From an uncultured cyanobacterium (GTDB taxonomy: Bacteria > Cyanobacteriota > Cyanobacteriia > Phormidesmidales > Phormidesmidaceae): 64,000 bases of DNA. Shown piece after piece: positions 62,911 through 64,000 of this stretch (positions within the stretch are counted from its first letter, which is position 1; every line of letters begins with the position of its first letter). Both the position numbers and the translations under genes were made by a program. The notes under the pieces were generated by a model that had not been told where the DNA came from, did not search any database, and was given only the letters and a program-made list of their open reading frames with translations. Where the stretch lies: contig CAWBZI010000002.1 of the NCBI GenBank assembly GCA_963793265.1, positions 768,001 through 832,000 on the forward strand. The letters run 5' to 3'.

Positions 62911-63550
62911 GATCTTGTGCCCAACGTCTGACCGTCTTCGCCCAGCTATTTTCGCCCATACTCTGAGACTTTTCGAGTAATGCTAAAACTGAATCTGGCT
63001 GCGCCAATGGCAGCACTAAAGACTGTTCGATCTTTTGATACGCTTCATCTACGAGCGAAAGGAACATCAGTTCCGAGCCGTCAAAGCGCCAAACTTCAGG
63101 TACACATAAAGCCGCATAAATAGACAACCGAGGAATAGACAAGCTTGTCATATCCACCTCAATTGCCAAATCTGGCGGCGGATCGACCGCTAAGTTGATA
63201 TCCATTCTGCCTCGGACAACTGGCTCATTTTGAATGTAGTAGCATTCGTCCGGCTCTAGGCCTTTCACCAAATCCTCTCGGTTCCAGGTGCAAAAGCCTA
63301 AGCCACAAATTTCAATATCCCAACCCTCTGTAAGGGATTCGACTAAGCGAGCCAGAAGCTTTTTGTATCTTTCGTGAGGCGGGCTAGGCATCCAAATTTC
63401 TAAGTTCCCTTGGTCATACGTCAATCGCCTACTGGGCTGCGATTCTAAATCGTCAATTAGCGCCTGAAATGTTTTCCACGAAATATTCCGCAAAAGAACA
63501 CTGTCCGACGCTAATGGCTGAGCTGATTGCGGCTTAAAAGTAGTAACCAT
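62888..63550 (-). CDS. Uma2-family (PD-(D/E)XK-like) protein
   Basis: 'ISW..F', 'LEIWMP', 'EPDECYYI', 'PPPDLAIEVD', 'VPEVWR'. Confidence 0.9.
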   Translation of the reverse strand: MVTTFKPQSAQPLASDSVLLRNISWKTFQALIDDLESQPSRRLTYDQGNLEIWMPSPPHERYKKLLARLVESLTEGWDIEICGLGFCTWNREDLVKGLEPDECYYIQNEPVVRGRMDINLAVDPPPDLAIEVDMTSLSIPRLSIYAALCVPEVWRFDGSELMFLSLVDEAYQKIEQSLVLPLAQPDSVLALLEKSQSMGENSWAKTVRRWAQDLKRESEP

Positions 63551-63658
63551 CCTCTATCCTCGCGAAAAGGCCGTGGTAAAAAGCCTTGAAAATCTTAGAT
63601 GCTTTCTTAGGGTAAGCCATTACCAGTAAAATGAAAGGATGTATTGGCGAGCGGTGGC

Positions 63659-64000
63659 ATGACAGATGTATTAGTAATTGGGTCGGGGCCAGCCGGGCTG
63701 TCTTTGGCGACAGCGTTAGAGCAGCGCGGGCTAAAGGTAGAAGGACTGAGTGCTACCGATCCGACAAAGCCCTGGCCTAACACCTACGGCATTTGGGCCG
63801 ATGAGCTAGAAGCGCTCGGCATGAGCAAATACCTGTGGCAAAGCTGGAAAAATACGGTGGTGCACATGGGTAAGCAAACGATTCCTTTACAGCGTGAATA
63901 TGGCCTGATTGATCGCGAAACGCTTCAGGGCGACTGGCTAAAGCAGAGTCATCAGCACGGCATTAAGTGGCACGAAGGCAAAGCCGCAAGTGTAAAGCAC
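63659..64000 (+). CDS. crtL: Lycopene cyclase (CrtL type), 3'-partial
   Basis: MTDVLVIGSGPAG FAD-binding motif and 'PWPNTYGIW.DEL'; runs off the window end. Confidence 0.8.
   Translation, partial: MTDVLVIGSGPAGLSLATALEQRGLKVEGLSATDPTKPWPNTYGIWADELEALGMSKYLWQSWKNTVVHMGKQTIPLQREYGLIDRETLQGDWLKQSHQHGIKWHEGKAASVKH

Overview
Mostly housekeeping chromosome of a cyanobacterium, as shown by abundant HIP1 GCGATCGC octamers and cyanobacterial gene content. A filamentous Leptolyngbyaceae-like host is inferred, not shown. The window contains pilB-pilT-pilC divergent from grpE-dnaK-dnaJ-tusA-like-rsgA, plus cysS, a His-rich CobW GTPase, mreBCD, ssb, mfd, pgi, ccsB, pip, glgX, rlmB, Mini-III, a STAS gene, carA, argJ, lnt, a sensor kinase, a GAF-GGDEF-EAL protein, rel-selO, patD, an ABC ATPase, an isoaspartyl peptidase, Uma2 and the start of crtL. 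I found no rRNA, tRNA, CRISPR array or transposase. Main observations: (1) the sequence switches from G/T-rich to C/A-rich at many HIP1 sites, regardless of gene strand; (2) a micro-island at about 58.9-60.2 kb carries a long hairpin element, an orphan DUF1902 gene, and a multi-hairpin attenuator-like leader with a short uORF before an uncharacterised small gene; (3) the STAS gene probably starts at ATC; (4) an NtcA box lies between rel-selO and patD; (5) five frameshifts in mfd, lnt and selO look like assembly or consensus artefacts. All family assignments come from motif recognition by eye, not database searches.
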